A stretch of DNA of 63,937 bases from Octopus bimaculoides (Eukaryota). The DNA lies in assembly GCF_001194135.2 (NCBI RefSeq), contig NC_068993.1, positions 55,173,925-55,237,861 on the forward strand, given 5' to 3'. Of the stretch, positions 12,006-26,357 are shown in pieces. The notes below the pieces were generated by a model, which had not been told where the DNA came from, made no database searches, and was given only the letters and a program-made list of their open reading frames with translations. Position 1 is the first letter of the stretch, and each line of letters begins with the position of its first letter. Position numbers and translations under genes: made by a program.

Positions 12006-15000
12006 CACACCATCATCATTGTTGTTGTTCTAATGTCCATTTTTCCATGCACATATATATATATATAACATACAGACATGCATTATTAATACAAATTTAT
12101 TGTAAAAATACATACACACACAAAAATATAGTAGTTCCTAATTACTACACCAGGTGGATTTAGAATTCCATGTAGAGTATCATCATCCAGTTTACTTCCA
12201 GTGAAGTGGTTGGTTAACGGTTGACTATACTTTGTAGTATTACCGGTTATGATACTTATAACTATATCATCATCATCATTTCCCATCCACGCTTGCATGG
12301 GTTGGACAGTCTGAGCATACTCAATAGGTCCAAGGACTGTGCTGAACTCCAATGATTTAGCATAGTTTTTACAGCTGGATGCTCTTCCTCACACCAACCA
12401 CAATACAGAGTGTACTGGGCGTACTTCTATTGTGGAACCAACACTAGTGAGATCACTGTGCAGCTTGCAAGACTAAGACGTCCTTCAATTGACTGGGGCT
12501 ATAAGAAAGAGGGAGACAGCTTTATACTAGGAGACTGAGAGCTTAAAGTATGAGAAAAGGGGTCACAGATCAGAACAAGTTTCTTGCTATAGAGGAGCAA
12601 CATGGCGACTCACATTACCAAAGAGTGGGTGAGAGAAAATGGGATGGAGATGGAAAAAGCTAAAAAATGGTTGTGATGAGGTGTCAGGTTGGACCCCCAC
12701 CATATATATATATATATATATATANNNNNNNNNNNNNNNNNNNNNNNNNNNNNNNNNNNNNNNNNNNNNNNNNNNNNNNNNNNNNNNNNNNNNNNNNNNN
12801 NNNNNNNNNNNNNNNNNNNNNNNNNNNNNNNNNNNNNNNNNNNNNNNNNNNNNNNNNNNNNNNNNNNNNNNNNNNNNNNNNNNNNNNNNNNNNNNNNNNN
12901 NNNNNNNNNNNNNNNNNNNNNNNNNNNNNNNNNNNNNNNNNNNNNNNNNNNNNNNNNNNNNNNNNNNNNNNNNNNNNNNNNNNNNNNNNNNNNNNNNNNN
13001 NNNNNNNNNNNNNNNNNNNNNNNNNNNNNNACTCAGAGAGTGTAGTATATATATATATATATATATATATAAGCAAAATCACAGTCGTGGCAGATACCGA
13101 TGTCACGCAAATGGCACTCGTGACGGTGGCACATAAATGCACCCATTACACTCTTGAAGTGCTTGGCGTTAGGAAGGGCATCCAACCGTAGAAAACCATG
13201 CCAAATCAGACTGGAGTCTGGTGCAGCCTTCCACCTACCACCTCTGGTCAAACCGTCCAACCCATGCCAGCATGGACAACAGATGTTAAATGATATACAC
13301 ACACACACAATGTATACATATTTATACACATGCTTACACAATCATACACACACATTATATATAACAATGTATACATTTATGTGTGTGTGTTGTACATAGA
13401 TATTATCAGTACTTCATTATTTTTAAACAGTTTATCTTAGATTTCACACAGATATTGTAACATAGATGACCTTGGATTGAATACCAGTAAATAATAACTT
13501 CTAATATTGTCACAAGGCCAATGTTTTATTGTTTTATATGGGGGGGGGATAGTTTATATAATTGAAACACGTTAGATAACCAGATTAAATACACACACAT
13601 ATATACACATATATATATAGATATTATATTACATGTTTATATTTATACATACATGTACATATAAATATATATATACATACATGAACACACACACAGATAA
13701 GGAGACAAACAGACAGACAGATACATAGATAGTAACATAATATGCATCAGTGGTTATATTGTTGAAATGAAAATGAGTGTTGAAGCCNNNNNNNNNNNNN
13801 NNNNNNNNNNNNNNNNNNNNNNNNNNNNNNNNNNNNNNNNNNNNNNNNNNNNNNNNNNNNNNNNNNNNNNNNNNNNNNNNNNNNNNNNNNNNNNNNNNNN
13901 NNNNNNNNNNNNNNNNNNNNNNNNNNNNNNNNNNNNNNNNNNNNNNNNNNNNNNNNNNNNNNNNNNNNNNNNNNNNNNNNNNNNNNNNNNNNNNNNNNNN
14001 NNNNNNNNNNNNNNNNNNNNNNNNNNNNNNNNNNNNNNNNNNNNNNNNNNNNNNNNNNNNNNNNNNNNNNNNNNNNNNNNNNNNNNNNNNNNNNNNNNNN
14101 NNNNNNNNNNNNNNNNNNNACTACTGTAATATAGGCATATTAACAGCCGTACTACAACACATCCTACCCAACAGCAGCAGTATTACAAGAGACAAACACA
14201 TCAAAGGTCTACTATAACACACACAACATACACACGCCAATAACACCACAACACACACACAAACAGCATTGCCAGAAAACATACAGACACATCGAATGTC
14301 CTACTAAACCACACACACATATCGACAGCGCAACATACACCCACACACACACAGTAAGAACATAACACAGTAACAGCAGTAATAGTAGTAGTTTACACTG
14401 CACAACATTAAACACACAAGCACACACACACACACACATAGATACATACATACAAGCGCAAGCACATAACAGTCGCAATCATCAAGATAGTGAGCAGCAG
14501 TAACAGTTGCAACAAGAGAGCAGTGGGAGGGGAGAGAGAGAGAGAGAGATAGGAGAAAGGGAGGAAGAGAAGAGAATTAAAAGAGAGAGAGAGCGAAGGG
14601 TGGGCGCGTTATGCTAACGGTGAAAAGTTGGAAAACATTACATTATGGCAGGGTAGGAAATGAGAATTGAGGTCAGTGCTTGCTGGGGATGTGGGTAAGA
14701 AGAGGTGAGTGAGTTAGATACTGCTTCAGTAACTGTCAGATATACACACACACATATATATATATATATATACACACAAACATATATAATATAAAGTATA
14801 TAAAGGAAATGTAATATCATGCAGTGACATCCCTGCATTTCTTTCAAGGACAAAAAATATATTAAGAAAAGTCAGTGCAAGACTATATTTAAATTGCTCA
14901 ACTAGTAGTAATATAACAAGTAATATTTATAATAATAATAATAATAATAATAACAGTAATCAGTAATCTAATATGGCAATACTAAACTAGTAGCTGGTTA

Positions 15001-15158
15001 AAAGACCTTGATAGACAATAAACAGTGGTTGTAGCTGACCCCACTGACAGACAGAAAACTGGAAAAGTCGGTGACAAAAGGAATCGTAGCTCATCCCCCC
15101 CCCTCTCTCTCTCTGATTGTCTAACTCCTACCTTGTGACAAGACACTTTTGAATGCAG

Positions 15159-15200
<42 letters not shown>

Positions 15201-15702
15201 GACAGAGAGAGAATATGATAAAGGGTGGAGATTGCTTTTATTTATTTACATTTTTTTTTCAAATGTGAACAATTTCAAAAGTAAACAGAAACTATAAATA
15301 AACGAATAGCAGAAATGTTTGTGAAATAGTTTATGAAACTGGAATTTGCACGATGTGATGATAATAATAATAATAATAATAATACCAACAGCAAACTACC
15401 TAAACTGAAATTTAGAAGGTTTCAACCTGAATTAAGCATAAACGAAAAGATAAATATATTTGACAGTTTCAAAGGAAGTACTAAACAGAACAGTAACGGT
15501 CTGTAGGGAAACAAAAAGGAACGGATTTTAAAAGCCCTTAAACGGTGGTCATCTAATTTTTTTAGACAATAAAGGATTAGGGGACGACTCTTGCAGGGCA
15601 CTTATGCTTTTCTATTTTTACGTACATTCAAATTTAATAGGCACACAGATATGCATGCAAAATCATGTAGTATATAAATATATTATATACTTGCATAAAA
15701 AT

Positions 15703-15755
<53 letters not shown>

Positions 15756-15967
15756 ATTATGCATGTTACAAATTTTAAACTTATATTTAAAAATATATGT
15801 GCGGTGCATGTAACGCTTAGCAGAGAAAACACATTCTCCTAAATAGTTTCCATCTCAGCCAACAAATTCAAATCTTTTAGACGTACTTTCAATCTCAGCC
15901 CTACTAATTCAATGATTAAACCCAGAGAAAAAATCAAATAAACAACAATACTAAATCGGGTAATTAC

Positions 15968-16250
15968 CTCATATTATAAGAAACAAACACCAATCGCATC
16001 GTAGGTTATGCAGAAAACCTAATGAATCGACACTGGTTTGCATCGAATGTTGAAGGATTCTTTGAGGGGGAAAAAAAGAATTCGTCGTCAGATCCCAAGA
16101 AGTGGGCGCGTACCTTGGGTTTACCGTTGAAGTTGAGGAATATCTGGGCAAGCAACTGACACAACATACACAATCAGTGTTTACATTAGCCCAGTGGGAG
16201 ACATCAACCAATCAGACGGCCGGGTTGATAGGCAACTGACTAATCAGAAC
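15968..16250 (-). promoter_or_regulatory. Probable CCNI promoter and non-coding first exon
   Basis: CpG-containing non-repeat patch; minus-strand Inr-like TCAGTT at 16154-16159; CCAAT at 16208-16212; candidate donors AAG|GTACGC (exon end 16114) and GAG|GTAATT (exon end 15968). Confidence 0.5.
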
Positions 16251-16375
16251 GGTGCTAGTCACTGTGACAAAATGAGATCACAACAATATTATCAAACATT
16301 CAAACGTCAACAACAACAGTAATTGTTGACTTCAAAATATATACTTAAAGACAGAAGTGGTTGTGGTGCGCTAGC

Positions 16376-16409
<34 letters not shown>

Positions 16410-16567
16410 ATAAAGAATAGGGATTGACTAACTTCACCTCTAGAAATTTATTCAAACGATTAAACCCTACATATAACTTTGGCTCTATCACCACTATTGA
16501 TCCCCTTTTTAGCCGTTAATGTTTGTTATTTTTAACCTAAAACCCCTAACCTAACGCATATACATAC

Positions 16568-16622
<55 letters not shown>

Positions 16623-17511
16623 NNNNNNNNNNNNNNNNNNNNNNNNNNNNNNNNNNNNNNNNNNNNNNNNNNNNNNNNNNNNNNNNNNNNNNNNNNNNNN
16701 NNNNNNNNNNNNNNNNNNNNNNNNNNNNNNNNNNNNNNNNNNNNNNNNNNNNNNNNNNNNNNNNNNNNNNNNNNNNNNNNNNNNNNNNNNNNNNNNNNNN
16801 NNNNNNNNNNNNNNNNNNNNNNNNNNNNNNNNNNNNNNNNNNNNNNNNNNNNNNNNNNNNNNNNNNNNNNNNNNNNNNNNNNNNNNNNNNNNNNNNNNNN
16901 NNNNNNNNNNNNNNNNNNNNNNNNNNNNNNNNNNNNNNNNNNNNNNNNNNNNNNNNNNNNNNNNNNNNNNNNNNNNNNNNNNNNNNNNNNNNNNNNNNNN
17001 NNNNNNNNNNNNNNNNNNNNNNNNNNNNNNNNNNNNNNNNNNNNNNNNNNNNNNNNNNNNNNNNNNNNNNNNNNNNNNNNNNNNNNNNNNNNNNNNNNNN
17101 NNNNNNNNNNNNNNNNNNNNNNNNNNNNNNNNNNNNNNNNNNNNNNNNNNNNNNNNNNNNNNNNNNNNNNNNNNNNNNNNNNNNNNNNNNNNNNNNNNNN
17201 NNNNNNNNNNNNNNNNNNNNNNNNNNNNNNNNNNNNNNNNNNNNNNNNNNNNNNNNNNNNNNNNNNNNNNNNNNNNNNNNNNNNNNNNNNNNNNNNNNNN
17301 NNNNNNNNNNNNNNNNNNNNNNNNNNNNNNNNNNNNNNNNNNNNNNNNNNNNNNNNNNNNNNNNNNNNNNNNNNNNNNNNNNNNNNNNNNNNNNNNNNNN
17401 NNNNNNNNNNNNNNNNNNNNNNNNNNNNNNNNNNNNNNNNNNNNNNNNNNNNNNNNNNNNNNNNNNNNNNNNNNNNNNNNNNNNNNNNNNNNNNNNNNNN
17501 NNNNNNNNNNN
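16623..17511. other. Assembly gap. Other gaps: 12725-13030, 13788-14120, 21606-21615, 46373-46483, 46838-46847, 59249-59692, 60921-61767
   Basis: Runs of N, mostly flanked by (AT)n, (AG)n or (GT)n. Confidence 1.
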
Positions 17512-17544
<33 letters not shown>

Positions 17545-17799
17545 TAATTTTCCAAAAGTTATTTGTATAGTTTTTGCTTTGTTTTTACTTTTGCCTGGTG
17601 AGATGAACGTAGATCACACGTAATGTGTTGTAATATTACGTAATCGTTATTTATATTCATGATGTATCTGAACTATATGTTATTGAAACGATCGTAATGA
17701 AGGAATAAATGTAATACAATCACCCCATTCTTGAACTCATTTTACACACATACACACAAATATATATAGAAGACTACCCCCAGGCTATTGCATCTGTTT

Positions 17800-19166
17800 T
17801 GGTGGCGTTTTTATTGGCTGGATGTGTGTGTTGTCCATAAATCAGAAAAAAGTACATTCAATAATATAGGTAATATATTTTTCTTTTTATATATCATTGA
17901 GTAGTAAATTACTGGTTATGCTATATAACTGGTCAGAATGTTACTATTAGTTTCATGCTTATTATTGCACTTGTTTCAATACTGACAACTACTGACAAGA
18001 GAAAATGGACCTTGTCAGAATTTGAACTCAGAACATACAGAGTTAGGACAAACACCACAAGGCATTTTGATTCTGCCATTCTAACACCCTTAAATTTTAT
18101 ATTTATAGCATTTTCATTATTTTAATCTGCTTTTCCATGATTGTATAGGCCAGACAAAACTTTATTGAGGCAGGTTTCTTCTGGCGGGATGCTCTTTCTG
18201 TTGCCAATCTTCAATGATTTTCAACGGACATAACATTTCTCCTAGTCAATGAACAGTGTGATGGCAAGACACAACTTGACAGAGGAATACAAGCAAACAC
18301 TATTTGTATGATGGTGAATTTTGCTCACAATGAGCACACTCACATCAGGGGGAAGCACACACACACACAAACAAACAATGGGTGTTTTTCAGCTACCATC
18401 TACTAAATTTCACTCACAAAGCATAAAGGTTCTTAGTATATTGAAATATTACATTTAGTTGGAGAAGGAAAACTAATGCTGAACAGCAAATGTTAGTGTC
18501 TCTAAAGAGGGGAGATAATTTGAAAAATGAATTAAGAATGAATTTCACAAAATATTGAATTTTTATGTTCATAGGGGAAAAAATTTGATTATTCTTAGCA
18601 TGCATATTTCTATCTTATTAGACTTCATTGGCAAAGCAGAATCTTCACAAACCTGTTTTGGCCAGTGGAGAAAGAAAAAGATTCATAAGATTGTTAACCT
18701 GTATAATTTGCATAAATTACAAAGAAGTGGGCTAAAGAAAAATATCTCAAAAAAGGTCAATGACATAAAAAAAAGTCAATTAAAGTTTTTTGTTAAAAAT
18801 AAAATAAACTTCATTGGACACTATACAAGTCACGAACTGATTAACAATGTAGCATGCTATCATCATCATCATCATCATTATTGTCTCTACAAAACAATAA
18901 TTACACAGTGCAACAAGAAAAAAAAAAAAAAAACACTGCCAGCAGCAACTACACCAGTGAATGATGTCAACAACCTGTTGTGGTAGATAAACAACATCAC
19001 CACCATCCCACCACCACCACCATCGTCATTATCATCATCATCAAATAACTTAAGTAAATAATTCGACTAGTCAAGTCAATGATCTGGTTTCAATTATCAG
19101 TTACAAAACTACTTCACTCATTAGCTGCCCTTTGGAAAAGCCATGAAGGTCACCACATTTCCTCTG
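17800..19166 (-). other. Candidate terminal exon and 3' UTR of an orphan minus-strand transcript
   Basis: Long pyrimidine tract (19168-19220) ending TAG|CAG|AGG; all frames stop quickly; minus-strand AATAAA near 18160 and 17812. The 3' end is approximate. Confidence 0.4.
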
Positions 19167-22100
19167 CTAAAAATAAAATAAAATTTAAAAGAAAGAAAGA
19201 AGGAAAAAAAAGAACACAAAAGTAAATTTTTAAAAGAACTTCAATTTTCAGGTCCATACTGAAAATATCGATGCAATCAGCAAATAACGCATTTCCCCAT
19301 CTCATGTGGTCTAGGAACCATCATCATCAACACTACCATCATAGACTGGAAGAAACAGTTGAGTTCTGATGATAAACTTTGCAATATTTAGTTACATACG
19401 TTGACGATCTAAGTTCAATTCTTGTTAGAATCCATAAAAAAGAAAGCAGTTGCTGTTTAGCCCCAGGTCATCTATAATTGAAGGCATCCTAGCTATGATC
19501 ATGCAATCTTGTATTGCCAGAGTACATTAACCGATATGAATTTTTTTCCCCTGATGGTTGAGCCAAACAACCTCATAGTGTGTGAATGACCTGGTGCTTA
19601 AAACATACAACTGAAGCTCAGTGTGTGAATGACCTGGTGCTTACATAACACTGAACTCATACAGTATGGTCAGGTACATATAAACCTTTGAACGTATGGT
19701 GTGGTTTGATGCCAATATAACAGTGTTTGGCTCAGTGCCTTCATGCAACTGAACATATAGTATGTGGCTTGGTACCTGTACATTCCTAAGCCTATACTAT
19801 ATCACCAGGAGTCTCTATAACTGAGCTGTTTTTTGCTTAGAGCCTATACACATCAGAGCCCATAGTGTTTTTGCCTGGTGCCTATTACATGCCTGACCCC
19901 ACAGTGTGTCCTAGTGCCTATGCATCCTTGAGACTATAGAAGATGATTGGGTCCCTACATAGCCATGAAATTACAGTGGGCTTAAAGTGAAAAATTTTAT
20001 TAATATCATTATCATCATTATGCACTGTAACATCAAACTGTTGTTTTTGTAATCTCCCATCTTTTCGAGGGACTCTGGCAAATAAGTCACTGGAGGAAAC
20101 AGTGGAGTTCAAAGTAAAAGCAGTGGAAAATTTAGTTCTTTTTAAAATACCAGTTCAAATCCTGCCCAGTATTGAAGAGAACTATTCTCCTCTTCCATCA
20201 TCATCACAATTTAATGTCTGTTTTCCATGCAGCCTGACTGGAGCTAGCAAGCCAGAGGGCTGCACCAGGTTCCGGTCATCTGTTTTGGCATGGTTTCTAC
20301 AGCTGGATGCTCTTCCTAACACCAAATAGTTTATAGTTTATGTGATGCCAGTATGGGTGCTTTTTATATGGCACCGGTACATGTGCTTCTTTATATGGAA
20401 ATGTATATAAATATGTGTGTATGCAATTGCAGTCAAGGAAAATATAAAGAAAAAAATTCATTGAGTTAAGTGGAAGTCAAAACTATTGTTCAATGTGCCT
20501 TGTGTGACAACATTCACCAAAAATTCTCACATTTTTTTAATAAACTTCTTTTTATATTCCAGTTAGACTTTCTTTCTTTTTCAGCAGAGTTCATTTGAAT
20601 AATAACACATTCCACATATATATATATATGTAACAAAAAAATGCAAGTTTCTTCATGAGAATAAAGACTAGAATTTGGTACATAGGTGTAACATTTTCTC
20701 CCATTTACTATTATTCGAGAAAACCACAACAATATAATAAACACTTAAATTTATATATGTATATATACATACCAGCTGTAATACCACGACAAACCATACT
20801 AGAGTCTGGTGCAGCCTTCCAGCCTTGCCAGCCCTGGTCAAACCGTCCAACCCATGCCAGCATGGATAATGGACATTAAATGATGATGATACACACACAC
20901 TACATATATATGTATACACACACACTATATATATATGTATACACACACACACACATATACATACATGTGTGTATACACATACACACACACACATATATAT
21001 ATATATATTAATTCATTTTACATATAATGTCATATTTATGACAAATACATATTGAATTGTTGTACATTATCTACTGGTGCAGCAGCTGTGCAACATTCAT
21101 AATATATATAATATATATGTTGTGCAACATATGTCATCATCATTGCATGCCAACACACACACACCACCACCATCATTTAACATCTGTTTTCCATGCTAGC
21201 AAACCAGACGGCTGCACCAGGCTCCAGTTGTCTGTGTTTTGTATGGTTTCTGTAGCTGGATGTCCTTCTTAATGCCAACCACTTTATAGAGTACGCGGAG
21301 TGCTTTCCCCATGGTGCAAGCATGGGTACTTTTCAAGTGGCATCATGTGAAAAACATCCATGCTGGTGCCACTTGAAATATATAAATGATGTATATAGGC
21401 ACGTATAAGGTGGGTGGAGGTATGGTTGTATGGCTAAAATGTTCAATTCCCAGTCATGTGCTTTCAGCTTCACTCTCACTGTATGGAATCTTCAACAACT
21501 GTTTTTGTCTTTTACTACAGCCCTAGTCTAGCCCAAGCCTTGTGCTTTGTGAGTGGATTTGGTAGACAAAAACTGAAAGGCCTTCATACATGTATATATA
21601 TATATNNNNNNNNNNTATATATACACACACACACACACACGTACACATATATATACATGCACACACACACACAAGCATGTGTGTTTTTGCTAAACCATTA
21701 AGTTATCAGGACATAAATAAACCAACACTGGTTGTCAAGCAATGGTGGGGGACAAACACACTTATACACACATGTATGTATATGTGTGGATACATATGTA
21801 TGTATGTGTGTGTGTCTGTATATATAGAGAGATAGTGGGGATATACATATATCCAATGGGCTTTTTTTAATTTCAGTCTACCAAATTCACTCACAAAGCT
21901 TTGGTCAGTCTGAGGCTATAGCGGAAGACATTTGCCGCAGATGACCCACAGTGGGATTGAACTCAAGACCCCATGGTTAGGAAGCAAGTTTCTTAAACAT
22001 ACCTTTATTTCAGATATATCTCATTCAGCATAGTTACAGATGTAACTGTGTAGGTAAGAATGTTGCTTTGTAACCCCATGGTTTTTAAGCTCATTTAAGC

Positions 22101-22739
22101 CAACACCATACTGAAAAAGACATCTAAGTAACATATTAAGCCTCAAACATTTTAACTGATCATTTCCAGCTTAAATATTCTACCTGTTTTATGTTCAAAT
22201 CAGCCCAAACTGGCTTCTCATATGCACCTTACAATGTCATTCTAAAAATAAACAATCACATCACTGAATTCTCTTAGCTAGGAGACAATACATAATTAAT
22301 TCAAAACAACGTGAATAAATAAGCATTACATTTCACAGGGTAATTTGAATGCTGAAGAGTTAAGATAAAATTGTTGAAAACAAGACATTTCGTCCAAAGT
22401 CACATGAAAGTGAAAGTGTAAATTTTTCCATAAGTAGGTACTTTCCAGGTCATATAATTGTATCCTACAAAATGAAACTATTTTGTAACATGAAAGTAAA
22501 GCAGTTGATAGGAAGTACCGGCTAGATACTGTATATATAAAAAAAAATCCAGTGTGATGAAATTGAAGTTGGAGCAAGCAAATACTTTAATTAAATTCTT
22601 ATCTTCGTCAATAAAGTATGACTGTTATCGTCTACTCAGGTGTTTCAAATGTTAATAGATGAGAGTTTAGAATGACTAACAGCATAAACTCAAGACCCAA
22701 TTACATTTCTGTCTGATTATGGTCTCCTTCATTGCATTT

Positions 22740-23810
22740 GATAAAGTGAAGACCTGTATTGTACAGATTGATACTGGATGGAGTGAAAACGCAAATATGC
22801 GGATGATCCAGTTTTTATAACTTAATCATGATTAACAGATTTAGAGAAAAAATTCCAGACAAGCAAGAAAAACCTAGAATCGAGCAGCCTCAAAGTAAGG
22901 ATTGAAATATTAATAAGTAGCAGAGAAGATAAGGCTCCGTTATCATCAGGGAACTAGCCTTGCTCAAAATACAGAAAAGGTGTAGCTAGGAATTCCATTC
23001 CATATGACTCATTCATGCACAAGAGCTACAATGGGACCACAGGCAAGCTAACAGAGAAAGTAGACTTCATAGGCAGCAAGTTCTTAGGGGCAGGAAGCAC
23101 TGAAGGCTCTAAAGATTCATAGTTTTAACTACTTAAGCAATCTAATTAGCAGTCAGGGCAGGTGTTCTGTATGCATTACATTTGACAGAGTAGTAGCTTG
23201 AGTAAGAATAAGGTGGAAATGAATTTAAAGAGCAATTAACTCTTCTGGTAATAAACTACCTCTCTCACAGATTGTATGATGCATGTTGTATGTAGTGTGA
23301 TGCATGGTGGAGAAATGTGAGCCTCAAATGCAAAATGATTTGCATAGATTAGAAAGAAATTAAGTAACAATGCTTGAGTGGTTAATTTGTTAGTGTATAT
23401 GAATAAGAGTATTAACCCCTGATATTCAGATTTCTCTGTCACATGTAATGCTTATTTATTCTCATTGATAAGAATTAGTCATGTATTACCTTATAACTTT
23501 GAGATTTCAATGATTACAATATTATTCTATTGTAGGGTAAGTATGAGAGGTGGATCAGGCAAATTGAAGTTCAAAAAGGTAAAATATTTTTGCTGGATAT
23601 GGCCGGTTTAAATGCTAAAGGGTTAATGAGGAAACTGCATTAGTATGGGCATGTGAAGTGAATGAAAGATGAAAGCTGTGCATAGAAATGATGTGCATTT
23701 AAAGTGTATGGAACTTGTGAAAGAAACAAACATAGGACAATTGGGATGAAATGGTGAAGCCTGATCTTGAAATGCTGCATCTCAACCAGAAAGTCGACAA
23801 AGGACTGTAT
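22740..23810 (+). mobile_element. Decayed LINE RT/C-terminal remnant, interrupted by a MITE
   Basis: KYADD-like at ~22793; SG.*PCSKYRKGVARNSI Cys-rich segment at ~22945-23000; W.GHV...WDEMVK-like segment at 23640-23770. Confidence 0.6.
23412..23626 (+). mobile_element. TTAA-flanked MITE (piggyBac-like ends)
   Basis: TTAA|CCC...AATGCTAAAGGG|TTAA, about 215 bp. Other copies near 10672-10888, 22128-22372, 40787-41072 and 50933-51129. Confidence 0.7.
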
Positions 23811-24204
23811 TCATAGGTAATACATGGTGCTGGAGAAGACCTAATCACAGAAATAACAAATGCACACATACAGAATTAATGTTAAAGATGGTAGTACTGA
23901 TAAAAACTGAGAGGCATAATAAATATCATTATTGTTTCAATGTCCACCTTTCTATGCTTTGATGGATTGGACGGAGTTTAATTTGGCAAATTTTCTACAG
24001 CCTGATGCCCTTCCTATCACCAACCCTAACCTATTTCCAAGCAAGGTAATATTTACTCCTCGTGCCCAGACATGTTTTTGCAGAACATTGGAAATGAATG
24101 ACACTGCTTATATGACAGCAACACTCACGCAATGTCAAGATAAGGAGAGACATACACAAACACACGGATCTATGGTGTATGATGATGACGCCACACACAT
24201 AAGT

Positions 24205-24625
24205 GAGTGATGGAATGGCCTGTTGTGTTGAAGTAGGTGGTGATGGGTTGGCCTGGCATACATAATAGCATTGTTTCACCTATATAATGAGTGACACAAA
24301 GGTTGTATGAACAGTCTGCAGGTGTGCATGAAGTGGGTAGGAGAACTGTGGCACCACAGACAATGGCTTTGGCTCACCAAAGTGCAGGGTCTACAACTAA
24401 TTGAGGGTAACTTGAATTCAATAAGAACTGTTGTATTCTTTCACATCAGGATTTGAAATTCAAATTAATGCTGCAGTTGAAAAAAATTGAGAGAATGGAA
24501 TGGTAGATTTAGTGTGTTCTGTGTGAGAAGAATAGTGGACACAGGCGTGCATGTCAGTGGCTTGTAGTGGACAGAGGTAGACAGGTGACTTTTGTTTGAA
24601 GTGATGGAGATATCAAGAAACATAC
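24205..24625 (-). mobile_element. Penelope-like retroelement remnant
   Basis: FLDISI...LSTSVHYKP (RT C-terminal), YIGET at 24272-24286 and PITTYFNTTGHS (GIY-YIG endonuclease region). Confidence 0.75.
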
Positions 24626-25339
24626 AGTCATATGTGCATGTCGTGAGATGAGCCTCTTTCATTTTCCATCAACCAAATCCACTACCAATGCTTTGTGATT
24701 GGGCCAGGGCTACTGTAGAAAACATTTTCCCAAGGTACCACAGAGGATTGAACCTGAAACCATGTGGTTGGGAAGCAAATACAATAAAAATAATAACAAG
24801 ACAACAGATGTCTTTAGTCGGAAGACACCTGTTGTTGTCCTGCTATTTGTGTAACATTCTCCGTTTTTTTCCATCCTTGTTTTCGTATACATTCGCTGCT
24901 TTCTTCCAAGGAATCTAATGCTTTCAGCTTAGTTTTTCCTTGGGGCTGGCCAGATTGGAGCAATATCGAGAATAACTAGCTGAAATTGCAAGGATAATCT
25001 GGATCTCGACTGAGGAAAGAAAACTCCAAATGACCTGTCCTTGTTTTCTTTGTATCTTCTATCTGGATGTTTTGTCCCTTTCTTGTGTCACCTAACTGTC
25101 TGGATGTTTTGCGTTCTTGTCCCATTCTGTATTATATATATATGATGGCTATCCAGTAGTGACCAAGGAAGATTATCACAAACCATTAAGAAAACTGGGC
25201 ACTCAGAGAAAATTGATACATTTGTAACTTTACTGGTGACTAGAGAGCCCAGCCCTTGATAAACATACATGTCCACAGATATTGCAGGTCAAGTTACTCC
25301 AGTGGTGTGTTTTCAAAGAGCTCACTTGAATTCTGAATG

Positions 25340-26130
25340 AAAAATGCTTGTTTTTTTTTTCCAGAACCATCTACTCCTCCGTTTATTCGTTTCCTGCATT
25401 GGCGATGATGACAAGTATTGCTTCACTGACCTCTCATATTTCAGATGCCTTCAATAACGACTTGACAGTCCTTAAATCATTGTCTTGGTTTCTTCGGGGG
25501 GGGGGGGGCACTTTCACAAACATGTTTGCCATACAATAACAGCTTAAGGATCCTCCAATCAATTATCTGAACAAGGTGTCCAGTCCAATGTAAACAATAC
25601 TTGTGCACCATCACCTCAGGACCTGTGTGTCTGGAGTCTGCAAGTACCAGCTAACATTCAGAATGTGTCTCAGACACCGCTGATAGAAGTGATTGAGGAC
25701 ATTTACATGATGCCTGTAAAAGGTCTGTGTCTTATATGAGTAAAGAAACGACATCAGTACACATGTATGGTACACAGAAACTTTTATTCACCTTGTGATG
25801 CTATGACACAAGGTTCTAGAGACCTGAAACAATCATTGCCTTCTGAAGCTTTAAAGATATTTCATCATTCAAGGAGCAAGAATGGCTATGTGTGTTGACC
25901 ATGTAAACAAACTTGTCTACCATTTTCAGCACTGTTCTTTCAACTGAGATACATGCTTTTCACAATGTGTTTCCTGGCACAGACTGGAACATTACTACAG
26001 TCTTGTCCAGGTTAATGCTGAGTCTGAATGCTTTGCAAGATGCACAAATATGATCCATGAAAATTTTTATATCTTCAGCTGTATGAGCAACTAAGTCACA
26101 ATCATCTGCATAAAAGAATTCACAAATAAG
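25340..26130 (-). mobile_element. RTE-clade LINE remnant
   Basis: LICEFFYADDCDLVAH...LSINLDKTVVMFQ, with YADD at 26101-26112; stops and frameshifts downstream; similar to 61768-62125. Confidence 0.85.
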
Positions 26131-26300
26131 AGATTGAAAAACTTTTGTATTAGCAGCAAATTAACGTGAGTTGAAGATTGGTACCTCACATATATCTCAG
26201 TGGGAGTAACAGCAAAATACAATGAAAAGGGAGTTGGAGCAAGGATGTTATCTTGCTTGATACAATTTTCTCTCTCTCTCGCTGTATATGTGTGTATGTA

Positions 26301-26357
<57 letters not shown>

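Noticed and set aside
14590-14700. Second gtgggcgcgt motif as an alternative CCNI promoter or E2F site
   Set aside because: A single short motif match with no accompanying Inr or clear donor.
16525-16556. Telomere-like repeat (aacctaaaacccctaacctaac)
   Set aside because: Too short and degenerate; no (TTAGGG)n array.
12639-17555. Long ORF-track entries full of X (also 59119-59806 and 60558-61920)
   Set aside because: They are translations of N gaps and (AT)n/(AG)n/(GT)n flanks.
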